Below, piece by piece: positions 1-9,609 of a stretch of 64,000 nucleotides of DNA. The DNA is from Longimicrobiales bacterium (GTDB lineage: Bacteria; Gemmatimonadota; Gemmatimonadetes; Longimicrobiales; Gaopeijiaceae), in NCBI GenBank assembly GCA_965226375.1, contig CBDDCX010000008.1, positions 1,568,001 through 1,632,000 on the forward strand, written 5' to 3'. Positions within the stretch are counted from its first letter, which is position 1. Every line of letters begins with the position of its first letter. The notes below the pieces were generated by a model. It had not been told where the DNA came from. It did not search any database and saw only the letters and a program-made list of their open reading frames with translations. The position numbers were made by a program, and so were the translations under genes.

Positions 1-231
1 CCGCAAACGGACCGGTGGGACTTCGGGAGCAAGTTCATCACCAGTCTTTTCGGAGGTATGAACTTCCACCTCTCGCCAAGCATCATGCTGCGGGTCGATG
101 GCGTGATGAACCTCTGGAAGATCAGCACGCCGGGGGGATGGTTTGGCTCCGAGGACGATCTCGGGGTACTTCCGCAGAGCGAGTGGACGTCGGCCAAGAG
201 CCTGTCCTTCGGAGCCAGCTGGCGTCTCTGA
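1..231 (+). CDS. C-terminal part of a probable outer-membrane beta-barrel protein (partial, runs off window start)
   Basis: Frame 1 is open from base 1 to TGA at 229-231. It shows an alternating beta-strand pattern and ends SLSFGASWRL. Confidence 0.5.
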   Translation, partial: PQTDRWDFGSKFITSLFGGMNFHLSPSIMLRVDGVMNLWKISTPGGWFGSEDDLGVLPQSEWTSAKSLSFGASWRL

Positions 232-274
232 GATACTCGGTGGCACACCCCCGCGCTACGAGGCCGAAGTCTCG

Positions 275-1588
275 ATGACGGACTTCGAATCCAGAGTCGC
301 CGATTGGCTCTCGGTCGGGGAGGCCATGCAGAGGATCCTCACCGCCGCCTCGCCCCTCGACATCGAACAGGTGCCCCTCCCCGAAGCTCTCGGACGAGCC
401 CTGGCGTCGGACCTCATCGCCCCGACCGGACTGCCCCCATGGGACAGCAGCGCGATGGACGGGTACGCCGTTCGCGGCGATGACATCGCCGGCGCTGACG
501 CGGACGAGCCCGTCACGCTCACCGTTGTCGGTGCGGTGCTGGCGGCCACGCGCTTCGAGGGGGTGGTAGCCCCCGGCCAGGCCGTACGGATCATGACCGG
601 GGGAACCGTTCCCGCGGGCGCGGATACCATCGTTCGCGTCGAAGACACCGATCGGGAGCAGGGTGCCCCGGGGCGGGTCCTGATCCGTTCCGCCCGTGAC
701 CAGGGTCGACACGTTCGGCCGGCCGCGGAGGACTGGAGCCGGGGCGATGTAGCCCTGGAGGCGGGCACGGGCCTCGGCCCCGGTCAGATCGGCGTGTTGG
801 CCAGCGCGCACGCCGGCAAGGTTTTGGTACGACAGAGGCCCGTGGTAGCCATCCTCGCCAGTGGAGACGAGCTCCAGGACATCGAGATCGCCCCCCCCAG
901 TCCCGACCGCATCCCCGAAAGCAACGGTCGTGTCGTGGAGGCTGCCGTCCGACTGGCCGGGTGCACGCCCCTGCGAGTGGGTATCGCGAAAGACGATCCG
1001 GACGACATTCGTGCACACATTGTGAAGGCCGCAGACGCCGATGTACTCGTGACTCTCGGCGGCGCATCGATGGGAGAGGGCGACCTTTTCAAGAGGGCTC
1101 TCGACGACATGGGTCTTCGGTTGGATTTCTGGCGTGTGAAGATCAGACCGGGCACTCCGACGAGCTTTGGACACCTACCCCGGGAGGGCCACCCGGACCA
1201 GCCCGTGTTCGGGCTTCCCGGAAACCCGGCATCGGCCTTCGTGACCTTCGAGATCCTGGTACGTCCGTTTCTTCTGGCTCTTGCGGGACACAGCAGGGTT
1301 CACCGCACCATGCTATCGGCCCGCGCCGGCGAGGATCTCGGTGCCGCAGCCTCGGTCACCGCCTTTCTTCGAGTGTCGTTGACCCGGGCGGGTGGAGCCG
1401 TCGAGGCCTCTCTCACGGGGTCCCAAGGCTCTGGGCTGGTCAGCAGCCTTGGCGCGGCCGACGGTCTGGCCGTTGTTCCCGAGGGGATCGAGACGATCAG
1501 CCAGGGCTCTCCCGTCGACGTGATCCTCCTCGACAACGCTCCCGGGCTCGCCACCGGAGCGCCCCTCTTCGAACCGGCCCAGGGGTGA
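275..1588 (+). CDS. moeA: Molybdopterin molybdotransferase MoeA (gephyrin-like)
   Basis: Motifs SAMDGYAV, RIMTGG, SGDEL, GGASMGEGD and GLPGNPAS. Confidence 0.95.
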   Translation: MTDFESRVADWLSVGEAMQRILTAASPLDIEQVPLPEALGRALASDLIAPTGLPPWDSSAMDGYAVRGDDIAGADADEPVTLTVVGAVLAATRFEGVVAPGQAVRIMTGGTVPAGADTIVRVEDTDREQGAPGRVLIRSARDQGRHVRPAAEDWSRGDVALEAGTGLGPGQIGVLASAHAGKVLVRQRPVVAILASGDELQDIEIAPPSPDRIPESNGRVVEAAVRLAGCTPLRVGIAKDDPDDIRAHIVKAADADVLVTLGGASMGEGDLFKRALDDMGLRLDFWRVKIRPGTPTSFGHLPREGHPDQPVFGLPGNPASAFVTFEILVRPFLLALAGHSRVHRTMLSARAGEDLGAAASVTAFLRVSLTRAGGAVEASLTGSQGSGLVSSLGAADGLAVVPEGIETISQGSPVDVILLDNAPGLATGAPLFEPAQG

Positions 1589-2040
1589 GCTCAGCGCTCG
1601 CCAACCGGGCATCCGTACTGTTTTGTGTGACTTTGGTGGTAGGCTGCAGCATCCCACGATGGCCCGTGGCAGGACCTCTCGGGGCCCCGTTCGGAGTACG
1701 GTGGGATGGTGCTCTTCCCGACGTCCATCGAGGGGTCGACATTCTGGTTCCCACCGGAACCCCGGTGGCCGCCATGTCCGAGGGACAGGTGCGGTTCTCA
1801 GGCACCATGGACGACTTTGGGCTGGTGGTCTGGCTAGACCACGACAACGAGGTGGTCACGGTCTACGCACACCTCTCGGAATTGAGGGTCGAGACCGGTG
1901 ATCAGCTGGCCAGGGGCCACATTGTCGGCCTCAGCGGAAGCACGGGAAACGCCTCGGGGCCACACCTCCATTTCGAGATCTGGCGGCGGGGCGTCCAGCT
2001 CGACCCGGTAGCGATGTTGGGGGGCCCTCCCGGGCTTTGA
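1585..2040 (+). CDS. M23 family metallopeptidase, probable lipoprotein
   Basis: HRGVD, YAHL and GPHLHFE motifs; LVVGC lipobox-like signal; GTG start overlaps the moeA stop. Confidence 0.85.
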   Translation: MSSALANRASVLFCVTLVVGCSIPRWPVAGPLGAPFGVRWDGALPDVHRGVDILVPTGTPVAAMSEGQVRFSGTMDDFGLVVWLDHDNEVVTVYAHLSELRVETGDQLARGHIVGLSGSTGNASGPHLHFEIWRRGVQLDPVAMLGGPPGL

Positions 2041-2068
2041 GAACGAGCGTCCTCCCTCAACCGGCCTC

Positions 2069-3055
2069 TTAATCCTCGGCTCGAAGAGCCTCGATCGCTT
2101 GTGTGAGTCGCGGCAACACCTCGAAGGCATCTCCTACGATACCATAATCCGCTATGCCGAAGATGGGCGCGTCGGCGTCCTTGTTCACCGCCACGATGGT
2201 CTGAGACGTCCTCATTCCGGCCAAATGTTGAATGGCTCCCGAAATACCGATCGCAAAATAGAGCGTCGGAGCGACCGTCTTTCCGGTCTGACCCACCTGC
2301 TCCGAATGAGGCCTCCAGCCTGCGTCCACGACTGCACGAGACGCGCCAAGAGCCGTTCCGGGGCCGAGTGCATCTCGAAGATCCTCCAGGAGGTTCCAGT
2401 GTTCAGCCTCTTTCAAGCCCCTCCCACCGGAGACGATCACACTGGCCTCGGACACGTCGACGGATCCACCCTCCGCGGCTTGGAACTCTAACGTGCGCAT
2501 GCCCACGTCCGCCGGAATCGTCGGGCTCAGCACCTCGACCGTGCCCGCACCGCCGACCTCTTCCGGACCGAACGAATTCGGTCGGAGGGTCATGACGCAT
2601 GGAGAAGACCGGAACGTGAGCCGAGCCAGTGCCTTGCCCGCATATATAGGCCGCACGGCCACCAACTCCCCGCCGTCCACCTCCAGGCGCGTGATATCGG
2701 ATGCCATGGGTGCGTCGAGGAGTGCTGCCACCCGGGGCGCCAGGTCCTTGCCCTGGGCCGTAGCCGGAAACAGGACCGCGCCGTAGCCACCCGCTCGCGC
2801 AACATCGACTACCGCCGACGCGTAGATTCTCGGCGAGTACTCGGCCAGAGCCTGGTCCTCGGCTACGCGAACGGTTGCGGCGCCATACAATCCCAGTCCA
2901 GTCACCGTGTCTCCGACACCCGGACCCCCGAGGACCAACGCGTCCGCCGAGCCGCCCAGCTCCGCTGCCCTGGCGGCGGCCGCGGACACCACTTCATTGG
3001 CCGCCGTTCTGATCTGGCCGGCTTTCTGTTCTGCAAAGGCGAGAATGTCGCCCAT
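2069..3055 (-). CDS. etfA: Electron transfer flavoprotein alpha subunit
   Basis: SGGRG, GASRAVVDAGW, QVGQTGK and GISGAIQHLAGM motifs. Confidence 0.95.
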   Translation of the reverse strand: MGDILAFAEQKAGQIRTAANEVVSAAAARAAELGGSADALVLGGPGVGDTVTGLGLYGAATVRVAEDQALAEYSPRIYASAVVDVARAGGYGAVLFPATAQGKDLAPRVAALLDAPMASDITRLEVDGGELVAVRPIYAGKALARLTFRSSPCVMTLRPNSFGPEEVGGAGTVEVLSPTIPADVGMRTLEFQAAEGGSVDVSEASVIVSGGRGLKEAEHWNLLEDLRDALGPGTALGASRAVVDAGWRPHSEQVGQTGKTVAPTLYFAIGISGAIQHLAGMRTSQTIVAVNKDADAPIFGIADYGIVGDAFEVLPRLTQAIEALRAED

Positions 3056-3128
3056 TTCTAGTCTCCGATATCTGTCAGTCTGAAGCACTGGTTGGTCGGT
3101 CCGTCCGAGATCGTTCGGTAGCCGAGCA

Positions 3129-3887
3129 CTAAAGAGCGTTCGCCTCTTCGCGGAGGAGTCGCACCAGCTCGGGCACCGCATCGGCACCCTCCCCGACGAT
3201 ACGACCTTCGGCTCGAGCGGCCGGATACTCGAGGCGCTCCAGGGTGATTCGGCTCTCTGGCACCTCGGCATCTTTTTGCTCGAGCGGCTTCCTCTTGGCG
3301 GCCATGATCCCCTTCAGAGACGCGTAGCGCGGCTCGAACGCACCCTTGGTTATCGACACGACAGCCGGCAGCTGCAGTTCGACCACCTCGGTACCGCCTT
3401 CCACCTCTCGTCGGCACGTGACCACCCCGTCTCCGAGCTCGAAGCTCGTCACGTTCGAGGCACAGGGACGATCGAGCAGGGTGGCGACCATGGGACCGAC
3501 CTGCTGCTGGTCGTCATCGGCCGCCTTCACTCCGAAGAGAACGAGCGGAGCGTCCCGGCCTTCGAGCTCTGCGGCCAGAACCTTCGCTGTGGCGAGTCCG
3601 TCCATGGTGACTGCCCCTTTGAGGAGAACGGCGGCATCCGCCCCCACCGCCAGGCCCGCACGCAGCGTCTCCTGGGCACTGTCGTCACCGAGGGTCAGCA
3701 GGGTTACCTCACCCTCGCCGAGCTCGTACCGCATGCGCAGGCCCGCCTCGAGGGCGAACTCGTCATAGGGGCTCATGACGTACTTCACACCGGCCGGATC
3801 GATGTCCTTTTCGCCATCCGCAAGACGGACCCGTGTCTCGGTATCCGGGACCCGCTTGATGCACACGATGATATTCAAGTCATCCAC
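3129..3887 (-). CDS. etfB: Electron transfer flavoprotein beta subunit
   Basis: IVCIKRVPD, PYDEFALE and PRYASLKGIMAAK motifs; directly upstream of etfA. Confidence 0.95.
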   Translation of the reverse strand: MDDLNIIVCIKRVPDTETRVRLADGEKDIDPAGVKYVMSPYDEFALEAGLRMRYELGEGEVTLLTLGDDSAQETLRAGLAVGADAAVLLKGAVTMDGLATAKVLAAELEGRDAPLVLFGVKAADDDQQQVGPMVATLLDRPCASNVTSFELGDGVVTCRREVEGGTEVVELQLPAVVSITKGAFEPRYASLKGIMAAKRKPLEQKDAEVPESRITLERLEYPAARAEGRIVGEGADAVPELVRLLREEANAL

Positions 3888-3954
3888 TCCAATTCATTGC
3901 CGTTCAACGATTTGGCCCACTGAATTTACCGCCCTGCAAAAGGCCGTTCAAGCG

Positions 3955-4599
3955 TCAGCCGCCTCGGCTTCGGGACACACAAGGATTGCCCAGAACGTAG
4001 AAGCGGAGCGGCCGTTCCTTCGCTCGGGTGATCCCGATTCGTGGGGATATCCCGACAGAGGAAAGCGCCACGGGCCATCCGGCGCAGATCGTGAGCGGAG
4101 GCGCAGAAAAGTCGTGGCCGTCCAGTGCTCCTGTCACCCCTAGAGCCTGACCCACCCGGCCCGGACCCGAACCCAGGTCCCGTGATCGGCCCCGGCGGTC
4201 GGACATGACGTCGAGCCCGTATGTAGGGTCCACGGCTCGGATGAGGACTGCACCCGGCTCGCCGTCTTGCCCTGTCACCACGTTGAGGCACCAATGGATG
4301 CCGTAGCTGAGATAGACATAGGCCAGGCCCGCCGGGCCGAACATCGTGGCGTTGCGTCGAGTCCGCCCATACTTGGTCGCGCCGTGCGAGGCCGGATCAG
4401 ACAGGCCGAGGTAGGCCTCGACCTCTACGACGACACCTTCGGTGCGTCGCCCGTCCACAGTAGAAACCACTCGGGTACCGAGAAGATCGGGGGCTACCTC
4501 TTGAGCCGGCCGCGCGAAAAAGTCCCGGTGTAGTTTTTCCTTAGACGGCGCGCCCGCCCACCTGAGCGGGGACTGTACGCTCACAGACCCTGCCGTCAT
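3955..4599 (-). CDS. mpg: DNA-3-methyladenine glycosylase (MPG/AAG family)
   Basis: EVEAYLG, DPASH, YVYLSYGIHWCLNVV, AVLIRA and PRIGI motifs. Confidence 0.93.
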   Translation of the reverse strand: MTAGSVSVQSPLRWAGAPSKEKLHRDFFARPAQEVAPDLLGTRVVSTVDGRRTEGVVVEVEAYLGLSDPASHGATKYGRTRRNATMFGPAGLAYVYLSYGIHWCLNVVTGQDGEPGAVLIRAVDPTYGLDVMSDRRGRSRDLGSGPGRVGQALGVTGALDGHDFSAPPLTICAGWPVALSSVGISPRIGITRAKERPLRFYVLGNPCVSRSRGG

Positions 4600-4617
4600 C
4601 GGATCGTCCGGTCAACT

Positions 4618-6714
4618 CTACTCGCCGTCGGAGTCGGAAGAATCTCGCCTCGACCCACGGCGGGTTCGTCGGGCTCCGTCACGACCTCGCGGCGCAACCC
4701 CCGAAGACTCCTCCTGGCGTGGCTGCTCAGCCTCGGCACTGTGGCTGGAGTCGCTTTGCCTCTCCGGCTGCCGCTCCACCGAAGCCTGGCTCTGATCTCT
4801 CGGTTGGCGTTCCGTCCGAGATCGGCCTTCATCTCTCGGCGGGCGTCCTCCCCTGGACTCACGCTGTTCCGCAGGCGGGCGTCCTCCCTGCGGACGCTCC
4901 CCCCTCGGCGAGCGTCCCCCCTGAGGCCGACGCTCTTCCTTCGGCGAGCGTCCTCCGCGGGGCTGGCGGTCCCGACTCGAGCCGCGCTCGTCGGACTTGT
5001 GGGTCTCGGCGCCGGGCGACGGAGCAGACGACTCCACGCGCCGTCCCCCTTCGGTTCGGCGGGCGTAATCCGTCCGCCACTCGGCCAGGACTTGCTCGGC
5101 CCGCCGCGGCACGACTTCGTTCACACGCTTCGGCGTATTTTGGAAGACCTCGAAAAGAGAATCACCGAACGCCTCCACTAGAGCCTCGGCCGTTTTCTTG
5201 CCCACACCCTTGTAGGAGTTGGTCAGGTAGCCGATCATGGCCTCGCTTCCAGTGGGCAGGTCCAAAGCGCTCACCGTCGTCGCACCCGCGTCAGAAGTCG
5301 GCGAAGAAACCCTGGTGCTCTGGCCGACGGCCTGTCCTTCGAAGAGCACGGGACCCTCCCCGTCTCGCCGCCGTCCCGAACCGCCTCGGGGGCCCAGGCG
5401 GCCCGCAGACCGCCCGCTGGCCTGGCCGCGAGGCTCGGCCACGCGCACCTGTTCGGTGCCTCGAGACTCGGCGGCCTCACCGGAGGAATCTCCAGACGAC
5501 ATGTCACTCTGTGGGGATGCTGCGCCGGCGCCACCCTCCTTGAGGGAGACCCTGTAGTTACCCGTCTCGGTCTTCTCGAGGTCGACTACGCCGTGTTCCT
5601 CGGCCTGCAGAAGGAACTTGCTGAACTTGGCGAAACCGAGCTCGGCCTCATCGAACCCGGAAACACGCTCGAGCATCTTCCGCTTCACATCGGAATCACG
5701 GACCGAGTCCCTGCCCTTTTCCTTGAGAGTACGAAGGCACCCCGACATCAGATCGTACGCAGCCTGGAGCGGATCACCTCCGGACTCCTCCAACGTGGCA
5801 GGCGGTTCCGGGGCCCTCGCAGACCGACCGGTGCGGTCCGACCTCTCAGGCTTCTCAGGACGGGGTCGCTCGGATCTCGTCCGACGGGCGGGCCCCCGGC
5901 TCTTACGTTCCCGACTTCCGGTATCCGCCGCCGCACTCGCTCCCCTGCGAGCCGTCTTCACCTCGTATTGACCGTTCTCCAGCTTGTGGAGTTGGATGAT
6001 GCCCCGGGACGCCGCCTCAGACAGGAACTTGGAGAACTTGCTGAACCCGAAGCCTCCCTCGTCGAAACCGGGGTCGAGCTCGATCATGACCTGCTTGAGG
6101 CGGTCCGAGCGCATGACGTCGTTCCGCTTGGTCATGCGAGCCAGGGCTTCGCCCACCAACTCCCATGGATCCGCAGGCTTGCCCGTCGTGTCCGTGGTCT
6201 TTCTCAGACCGGTGAGGCTCGTGTACGAGTAGTATTCGTCGCAGTTCTGCACCAGAATGTCCGAACTGGACTCCTGGATCCCCACGCCGATCACGTACTT
6301 TCCGTACTCCTTGAGCTTCAAGACGAGGCTCGAAAAGTCCGAATCACCGGTCAACAGGATATAGGTCCCGATCTCGGGACGAATAAAGACGAGCTCTACC
6401 CCATCGATGGCCATCCGGATGTCGGTGGCATTCTTCTTGGAGCTCCCATAGGCGGGAGCAAAGATGAGGTCGACGGAGGCTTCGGAGAGAGGCACGATGT
6501 ACTGCGGGTAACGACGCCAATCGGCATAGGCCCTCTGTACGGTGACCTTACCTCGAATGACGTCGGACTGGAGGAGGCTCTTCAGTTCCTTGGAGAGGTC
6601 ACTCCGCATCCCCATCGTGACGTTGTCGAAGTCGATGAGAAGGGCCGCGTTGGGCGCATCGGCCATCGCCTTGCTGGGCCCCTCTACATGGGGGGCCTGA
6701 ATGTACTGATTCAT
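4618..6714 (-). CDS. NYN (LabA/DUF88) domain protein with two OST-HTH/LOTUS domains, a HhH-like domain and long low-complexity regions
   Basis: NYN motifs LIDFDN, KNATDIRMAID and TGDSDF; two FDE-x3-GF-x-KFSKFL repeats; YLTNSYKGVGKKTAEALVEAFG. Start taken at MNQYIQ. Confidence 0.88.
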   Translation of the reverse strand: MNQYIQAPHVEGPSKAMADAPNAALLIDFDNVTMGMRSDLSKELKSLLQSDVIRGKVTVQRAYADWRRYPQYIVPLSEASVDLIFAPAYGSSKKNATDIRMAIDGVELVFIRPEIGTYILLTGDSDFSSLVLKLKEYGKYVIGVGIQESSSDILVQNCDEYYSYTSLTGLRKTTDTTGKPADPWELVGEALARMTKRNDVMRSDRLKQVMIELDPGFDEGGFGFSKFSKFLSEAASRGIIQLHKLENGQYEVKTARRGASAAADTGSRERKSRGPARRTRSERPRPEKPERSDRTGRSARAPEPPATLEESGGDPLQAAYDLMSGCLRTLKEKGRDSVRDSDVKRKMLERVSGFDEAELGFAKFSKFLLQAEEHGVVDLEKTETGNYRVSLKEGGAGAASPQSDMSSGDSSGEAAESRGTEQVRVAEPRGQASGRSAGRLGPRGGSGRRRDGEGPVLFEGQAVGQSTRVSSPTSDAGATTVSALDLPTGSEAMIGYLTNSYKGVGKKTAEALVEAFGDSLFEVFQNTPKRVNEVVPRRAEQVLAEWRTDYARRTEGGRRVESSAPSPGAETHKSDERGSSRDRQPRGGRSPKEERRPQGGRSPRGERPQGGRPPAEQRESRGGRPPRDEGRSRTERQPRDQSQASVERQPERQSDSSHSAEAEQPRQEESSGVAPRGRDGARRTRRGSRRDSSDSDGE
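4830..4975 (-). repeat. Degenerate coding repeats (GGRSP/GGRPP) in the NYN protein C-terminal tail
   Basis: Translation QPRGGRSPKEERRPQGGRSPRGERPQGGRPPAEQRESRGGRPPRDE. Confidence 0.7.
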
Positions 6715-6850
6715 GATTCCTTCTTGCGATTTGTGTGTGCCGGCCCCACTCGCAAGACCTCCCCACCCGTGCCGGCTCATCGTGCCTGGTTCGGCAGTCG
6801 AATCCGGTACGGGTAAGGGGGGCCAGGTATTCAGAGTGCCCGGCTTTGCT

Positions 6851-8451
6851 TCATGTCTTGTAGCGCTCGTGCTCCGCACGGACTCTGCGAGAGAGTTCTA
6901 CCCGTCGGACTTTTCCGGTGCCCGTCAGCGGAAAATCGTCCACAAAGTGGACAAGATCGGGAACCTTGTAGTCCGCGAGCGTCGCCGCGCACCAATCTAT
7001 GATTTCCTGACCGGTGACAATGGCGCCCTCGTCGGGAACGACGCACGCGCAGATGGCCTCTCCCAGAATATCATCCGGAACTCCAGCCACCACGGCCTCC
7101 CGCACCGCCGGGTGTGAGTGAAGTCGATCCTCAACTTCCCGGGGTAAACGTTGTAGCCACCGCGGATGATAACCTCTTTCTGGCGACCGACCAAATGGAT
7201 GAACCCCTCTTCGTCGATCATTCCGAGGTCTCCCGTCAGGAAGAATCCGTCGGCATTGAAGGAGTTCGACGTCTCCCTGGGCTGCCTGTAGTAGCCGTGC
7301 ATCAGGCCGGGTCCGCGCACCCCGATCTCACCCACGCTCTCCACCGGAAGCTCCTCGCCCCCGTTCGGATCGAGGATTTTCACCTCGGTACCGTCGATTG
7401 GCCGACCGACCGTGAAGAGACGTTTGGGCGCTGGGTCGTCCGTCCGAGTTATGCAAACGGTCGACGAGGCTTCCGTAAGGGAGTAGGCGATGAGCAGCTC
7501 CGGACACAGGTGCTCCGTCACCGCCCGGACGAAGTCGTCCGAGACGGGTGCTCCCGCCACCAAGCCCACCCGGAGAGATGAAAGGTCGCGGGGTTGCGCC
7601 TTCTGTTCATAAAGCTCGGTCGCAAAGAGTGTGGGGACTCCGTGATGCACCGTCGCCTGATGACGCTCGATCAGATCGAGCGAACCGGCGCCCCCGAAAT
7701 CATCCTGGAGCACCAACGCGGACCCGGATACCAGCGATCCAAGAACGCCCGGGCCGAGGCCGAAAACGTGGAAGAGAGCCGTGACGCCCACGACTCGGTC
7801 GTCCGAGGTCAGGCCCAGGACCTGCGCCGTGCTCGCGGCCACACCCAGGACGTTGGCGTGGGTCAATTCGACGCCCTTGGGTTTGCCGGTGGTCCCCGAG
7901 GTATAGACGATCGCGAACAGATCTTCGCTCGGTTCTACGGCCTGAGCCGAATAGTCCCGACCGCCGCCCGCCGACAACAGATCTTCGAACTGAAAAATTC
8001 GATCGTCATACCAGAGATCTTCTTCGCCCACCGTGATCAGGTACTGGAGCTCCGGAAGCTGCACCAGGAGGTCTTCGAGGAGCTGCAGGAAGTCCACGTC
8101 CTCCAGTGTCTCGGCGGTGATCGCCGCCACGGCCTCGGAGTGGCGCAGCGTGTACTGGAGGTCAGGACCCGTGAGACGGGGGTTCAACGGCACGAGAACG
8201 GCACCGAGCTTGGCCACGGCGAACATCGAGATGACGAATTCCGGCCAGGAAGGCATGATGACCGCAACGCGGTCCTCCGCCTCGATCCCGAGCCCGGCGA
8301 GAGAAGCGGCCAGGGCCTCAGTCCGGCTCTCCATTTGGCCGAACGTGACCTCGTCGTCGTCCAGGACCAGGAACACCCCTTCGGGTTGCGACGTCGCCCT
8401 CGCCGCCAGAACGCCCGCGACGCTCAGGTGCGTTATTCGCCCCAGCTCCAT
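6851..8451 (-). pseudogene. Long-chain acyl-CoA synthetase / AMP-binding enzyme with a single-base frameshift near 7142
   Basis: YTSGTTGKPKG, YSLTE and TGDLG motifs. After GGYNVYP the expected [13 protein letters not shown]...LADYKVP continues in another frame. May be a sequencing error. Confidence 0.85.
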
Positions 8452-8477
8452 TTCGGTGTCCTCTGAGAGTGCTACCA

Positions 8478-9587
8478 TTACCCTTTCGCGGCCATCGAAT
8501 TCAACAAGTCCAACACCAAGCTTTCGTCCACGGCCTGACTCCAGGAATCATCGGCGCAGTGTACCGTCCCGCTCCGAGTGAGAAGCACGAACCTCGGTCG
8601 GCCGTGTCGGGTCTTCTTGTCGAGCCTAAGATACGACATGATCTCGCTCGGCGCGGCCCCACCGGGTAATTCAAGGCCTATCCCGAGAGTTTCCGTGATC
8701 CGGGCGAAACGTTCGGCGACACCACTTTCGGTCACACCCAGTACCTGCCCCAGACGGGCCTCCAGATACATACCCAGGGCAACGGCCGTCCCATGAGGCA
8801 TCTCGTACGCCGAGGCAGCCTCGACGGCATGGCCCAGAGTGTGCCCGAAGTTGAGGATTTCGCGCCGCCCCGATTCGTGCTCGTCTGCGGAGACCACCTC
8901 CGCCTTCAGCTCAACGGAGCGGGCGACGGCCCGCTCGACCGCCCCAACCTCGCCGTCCAGCAGGGCCGGCATGTTCAACTCCAGATCCTCGAGGTAGAGA
9001 TCGTCCATGATGGCGCCGTGCTTCACGGCCTCTACCAGACCCTGCGCGCGCTCCTCGCGTGGTAGGGTACGGATCACATCCGGATCCGCCACCACGAGGT
9101 TGGGGGCATGAAACGCGCCCACCAGGTTCTTGCCCACCTCGACATCCACCCCAGTCTTACCACCGATGGACGCGTCGATCATGGCCACCAGGCTTGTCGG
9201 CACCTGCACGACGGGCACTCCCCGCATGTACGTAGCAGCCACGAATCCAGCTAGGTCCCCCACCACCCCGCCACCGAGTGCGACCACGCATGAATCCCGG
9301 CCATAGCCTCCGGCGAGCAGGCCGTCCGTGAGGTCCGCCCAATGCGCTCTGGTCTTATGCCGCTCTCCCGCCGGAAAGGAAAACAGGTCGGCCGCGAGGC
9401 CCGATCCACGTAGAGCCTCCAGCACGGCGTTGCCATACAGTCCGGCCACGGTGGAATCGGTGATGAGGGCATAACGATGTGCCGGCGCGTGGTCCGCGAG
9501 TAGGTCTGGAAGAGCGGCGAGCAGACCACTCCCGACGAGCACCCGGTAGTCGGCGGCCTGCCCTCCAGCGCGCACAGTGGTCACCAT
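8478..9587 (-). CDS. aroB: 3-dehydroquinate synthase
   Basis: ALGGGVVGDLAGF, DASIGGKTG, KNLVGAF and LNFGHTLGHA motifs. Confidence 0.96.
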   Translation of the reverse strand: MVTTVRAGGQAADYRVLVGSGLLAALPDLLADHAPAHRYALITDSTVAGLYGNAVLEALRGSGLAADLFSFPAGERHKTRAHWADLTDGLLAGGYGRDSCVVALGGGVVGDLAGFVAATYMRGVPVVQVPTSLVAMIDASIGGKTGVDVEVGKNLVGAFHAPNLVVADPDVIRTLPREERAQGLVEAVKHGAIMDDLYLEDLELNMPALLDGEVGAVERAVARSVELKAEVVSADEHESGRREILNFGHTLGHAVEAASAYEMPHGTAVALGMYLEARLGQVLGVTESGVAERFARITETLGIGLELPGGAAPSEIMSYLRLDKKTRHGRPRFVLLTRSGTVHCADDSWSQAVDESLVLDLLNSMAAKG

Positions 9588-9609
9588 CGTACCCGGAGTG
9601 TCACGACAC

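Noticed and set aside
4830..4975. Repeats in the NYN tail and atpA tail considered as CRISPR-like arrays
   Set aside because: They are short, in-frame coding repeats with no unique spacers, and no cas genes are present.
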